Shown: in pieces, positions 60,369 to 64,000 of the stretch | How positions within the stretch are numbered: the first letter of the stretch is position 1 | How the letters are laid out: each line of letters begins with the position of its first letter | Source of the DNA: Heteronotia binoei | Taxonomy: Eukaryota | DNA: 64,000 nt | Reading direction: 5' to 3' | Assembly (NCBI RefSeq): GCF_032191835.1 | Contig: NC_083240.1 | Location: 17,546,001-17,610,000 of the forward strand | Translations under genes and position numbers: made by a program | The notes under the pieces: model-generated | What the model saw: only the letters and a program-made list of their open reading frames with translations | Told to the model about the DNA's origin: nothing | Databases searched by the model: none

Positions 60369-61274
60369 GCTACTGGGTCTTATTGCCCCCCAAAAGCCAC
60401 CGGTTAGTTTCAAAACGAGTGAAACGTAATGGTTTCTCTAAGCGGGCCCTCGATGTCGCATCTGCGCTAAAGCAACGCAACCGTTGGTTTCCCTCGGATT
60501 TGATAGCAGGGACCATTCATCTCCCTTCTTGATGGAAAGATTTAATTTGGGCAATTAATGCTCATGAGCGGTCATCATCATTCCTGGGAAATTGAAAGCA
60601 ATCATCTGATTTCCTTTTTATGATGCTCCAGTAACAAGCCAAGTACACAGGGCTGATTAGATTAGCAAAGGAGAGACATACGTTTTGCTGGTTTTGCTCT
60701 TCAGGATTGCAGGCTGCTTTCTAATGATGGCTCCTTGCCACAAATGAAAGTCTGAAAGCTGATCAAAAAACTGAACATCCCTGTGGGCAGAGGACTGAAT
60801 CAGGCAGGCTCGCTCCATGAGGTTTCATCTGGCAGGGACCTGCTTGCATTTAGGGTGCTAACTGGATTCATAGTAGATTATCTTAGCTCAGGGAACCCCA
60901 ACATGATGCCCTTGAGCAACATGACAAACCACGGACAACTTTTCTGGTGCTCACCAGGTTTTTAAGGAAGTGGGTGGGACAAGATATGCCTTTTGCCCAG
61001 CGAGGTTTCTGATTGGCCGTTGGAAATTTGATTCGCTGTGCAGATTTTTAAAAGGTCCCTTTGGGGAGTGGGGATTTTTCATTGCTTTCTCTTATTTCAT
61101 TATTGCACCCCCTCATTTTTGTTTTAACCGCCAGACTCTCCCTCCTCCATCACAGTGTGCATAAATATATATCGAGCTAGATTGAAAGTCTCCAGTCTTT
61201 TTGCGTTCCAAAAATGAAGCTGTTCCTCATGACTGTGTTTCTCTCCCAGTCCAGAAATCATGGGAACATAAGGG

Positions 61275-61845
61275 GAAATATTATAACTGATTGCCAGACT
61301 GCAAAGGTCAGTTCTCCTAGAGAAAATGGATGCTTTTGGAGATGGATTCTATGATGTTGCACTCTACTGAGCTCCATCCTCTTCCCAAACCCTCCCCAGG
61401 CTCCACCCCCAAATCTCCAGGAATTTCCCAATCTGGAGTTGGAAGCCCTGTCTGCTAACACGATCATTGCATGCTAGTTTTAAAGGTGTTATGTGAAATT
61501 GTGAGTCTGGAATTCATCAGCCAACTTAATTGATTGAGAGCCACAGACCCCACCTGGGAGGTTGGCATCCCCATGACCACACAGAATAGGTCTCTGCTGG
61601 GTCCTACTACAACCCCAGGACACTTGGGGCTCCACCGCTTAGTTAGTCTTCAGGTTGCTGACTTCCATTGGGACCTGGAGTTACAACTGAGCCCAACAAC
61701 AGAGATCAGTTCACCTGGAGGGAATGGCACCTGCAGACTCTAGGATGTCACATGCCAACTGAGCTCCATCCTGCCCCCAAGCTCTGCCCTCCCTAAGCAG
61801 TGCCCGCAAATCTCCAGGCATTTCCCAAGCTGGTGTCAGCAACCC
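61275..61845. mobile_element. Cluster of TAGGGTTGCCA-family MITEs (61275-61448, 61651-61845 and an end fragment)
   Basis: Repeated agttc(t/a)cct(a/g)gag...ccccaaatctccagg blocks. Confidence 0.72.
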
Positions 61846-62103
61846 GAGTCACTGTTTGTCCCACTAATATGTAGACAGAAGGGAAGCCCGTGTTTTTATT
61901 TTAATTATGTGTTTGTTTATTAAAAAATTAATGTGCTGCCTTTCTACCCCAAAAGGGTCCCCAAGGTGGCGAACAGCAGGCGCTAAAACACTTAAAATGT
62001 TACAATGACATTTAAAATGTATATGTAAATATTTAACAATCCAACAAAAAACATACTGACTTAACATGCAGTCATACAGGGATGTTTGGGTGACTTCTCC
62101 GGC

Positions 62104-62179
62104 TTCCTTCCTTCCTTCCTTCCTTCCTTCCTTCCTTCCTTCCTTCCTTCCTTCCTTCCTTCCTTCCTTCCTTCCTTCC
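62104..62179. repeat. (TTCC)n microsatellite, ~19 units, tail of a minus-strand MIR-like SINE (to ~62370)
   Basis: Pure TTCC array followed by cctcaccacacccctgtgaggtaggtgagg...aaggtcacccag. Confidence 0.92.
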
Positions 62180-62687
62180 ATCCATACGCCACCTTTCTGC
62201 CCAATGGGAATCCAAAGCAACTCACATCACTCTCCTCTCCTCCAGTTTGTCCTCACCACACCCCTGTGAGGTAGGTGAGGCCGAGCGTGTCTGCCTGACC
62301 TAAGGTCACCCAGTAAGTTTCCATAGCAGAGGGAGGATTCTGACTTGGGGCCTCCTCTGCTACACCACAGCGGCTGTCTTTGTAACAGGGAGAGGGTTGT
62401 CACTGGAGAGGGTTGCTCGCTAGGGCCTGGCAGAGGCTGCTAGACTCTTTCTGATGCTGAGTGGTGAAAAGGACCAGGAGAGGGAGGCAGAGTACAACAC
62501 GTAGCTGGGATTGCGAGGCATTCCTTGATGCCTTCAGAACTTCCAGCGGCTGCGTTTATTTCAGGAGATGGGATCCTACTGTATTAGAGATGCCAGCCTT
62601 CAGGTGGGACCTGGGGATCCCGCAGAATTACACCTCATCTCCAGATTACAGAGTTCAGTCCCCCTGGAGAAAGTGGATGCTTTGGAG

Positions 62688-63292
62688 CAGGGGTGTCGAA
62701 CATTTGTTATGAGGGCCAAATCTGATATAAAAGAGACCTTGTTGGGCTGAGGCATGTCAGATTGGGCTGGGTCATGTGTGTACCTATTTATGATTAGGTA
62801 GCAGAGATATAAACTTTATAAAGGACGCAGAGAAACACAAAGTTTTTTTGTTTTGTTTTTTAAATTAAAACATCCTTAAAACATTAGCACTCGTTGGTCT
62901 TAAAGGTCTTTCATTGTATTTCTCCCAAGGGAACTAAGCAAAGGAAGCTCTGGCTCTTTCCTTCCTTCCCCAGGGGACCAGGAGAGGGAGGAGCTTCAGC
63001 CAATAGAAGGGAGAGAGGCTTGGCTCAGTAGCACGGCTGTATGATTGAGAGAGCCTGGCAAAGCAAGCTATCCCTCTTCTCTCCCCCCAAGGAGGAGCCT
63101 CAGCCAATGGAGAAATTAGAGGCTTTGCTCTGTAGCTCCCGTGTGTTTGAGCAAGCCTAGCAAAGCAAGCTGCAATGCAGAAAGAAGCAAAGAGAGGGAG
63201 AAGGAAGCAGATGACAGCCAGTTGCTCGGGGGCCTGGTAGGAGCCTTCCAGGGGCCTGATTCGGCCCCCGGGCTGTATGTTTGACACCCCTG
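62688..63292. mobile_element. 605 bp hAT element nested in a TAGGGTTGCCA MITE (host ~62590-63398)
   Basis: TIRs caggggtgtcgaaca / tgtttgacacccctg; TSD ctttggag / ctttagag (7/8); host text resumes at 63301. Confidence 0.88.
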
Positions 63293-64000
63293 CTTTAGAG
63301 GGTGGTCTCTGTAGCACTGTACCCCACTTGGGTTCCTATCCTCCCCCGGGTCCATCCCCAAATCTCCAGGAGTTTCCCAACCTGGATCTGGCAACCTTGC
63401 CCCCCCCCCCCCCATTCCCCGCTGGTGGCCAAAGGGACCTTGCAACCCTGTGCAATATTTAGGCGTCTACTCCCTGTTTCATTATAGTTTCAAGATGCCA
63501 GCATCTGGAGCCACTCCAGGCCAGGTTTGGTGTAAACAAGCCACTATGGAGGACTCTGATAGGCCTCACTTCCCCTGCCTTGTCTTACGCTGTTCGTTCT
63601 GAAATAAAGTCTACCCTGGCCGTATTCGTAAGAGTCTTGCAGAGCCATCGTGACACAAAGGGGAGGAACTGCAGTTTTGTATTGTGGACTCTGTTGCCAC
63701 AGCTGGTGAGGATTAGTAATAGGTCATAAAGCAGCTGCTGATCACCCCCCATCCCACTCCCCCGGGAGGCAAGTACAGGGCGGATCTGGAGTGCCCCTTA
63801 GCATTCGTACTTCTCCTCTTGGCAGTTTCTGTCTCTGCCTGCCCTCTTCTAGTGAATGAGCTGTGGTAGGCGCAAGGAGGAGTCACTACCAGTAGGGTTG
63901 CCAACCTCCAGGGGGTAACTGGGAAGAAACCTGAAGGCTCTGCATACAAACAACCTCTTAAAGACATCAACCAATTTCTTCCAATAATACACCAAAGAAC

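Noticed and set aside
62066-62274. ORFs with FLPS/GRKE repeats
   Set aside because: Translations of the (TTCC)n microsatellite.
1-64000. CRISPR arrays, prokaryotic operons or endogenous viral ORFs
   Set aside because: No regularly spaced direct repeats and no long unexplained ORF; the window is eukaryotic intron/exon DNA.

Overview
Vertebrate (squamate, most likely gecko, judged from its SINE and MITE content) genomic window carrying most of PRDM2 (RIZ) on the + strand. Six consecutive coding exons are present (673-790, 2391-2494, 5011-5163, 13202-13328, 31214-31321, 31616-36059). They encode the PR/SET domain, acidic region, eight zinc fingers and CtBP motifs. A short terminal exon (38472, stop at 38484, '...DFRNLL*') follows, with a ~2.6 kb 3' UTR and three AATAAA signals. 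All junctions are GT-AG and phase-compatible: 5067 nt in total, 1688 codons plus stop. The first coding exon lies upstream of the window, and I could not find the long-isoform (RIZ1-type 'SYSLRLASR...') last coding exon. The rest is intron or downstream DNA packed with tRNA-, MIR- and 5S-derived SINEs, CR1/L2 ends, Penelope-like mini-insertions and hAT/Harbinger-like MITEs. Nearly all short ORFs in the supplied track are spurious. I see no convincing new biological system. The best leads are minimal hammerhead-ribozyme relics in Penelope-like repeats, a chimeric double-hairpin MITE, a degenerate Rb-binding motif and Arg at the C106 position of PRDM2, a strong-Kozak uORF ahead of the RIZ2 start, and overlapping miRNA seed matches in the UTR. 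Exon numbers, orthologue residues and repeat family names rely on recalled sequences, and TE boundaries without a stated TSD are approximate.
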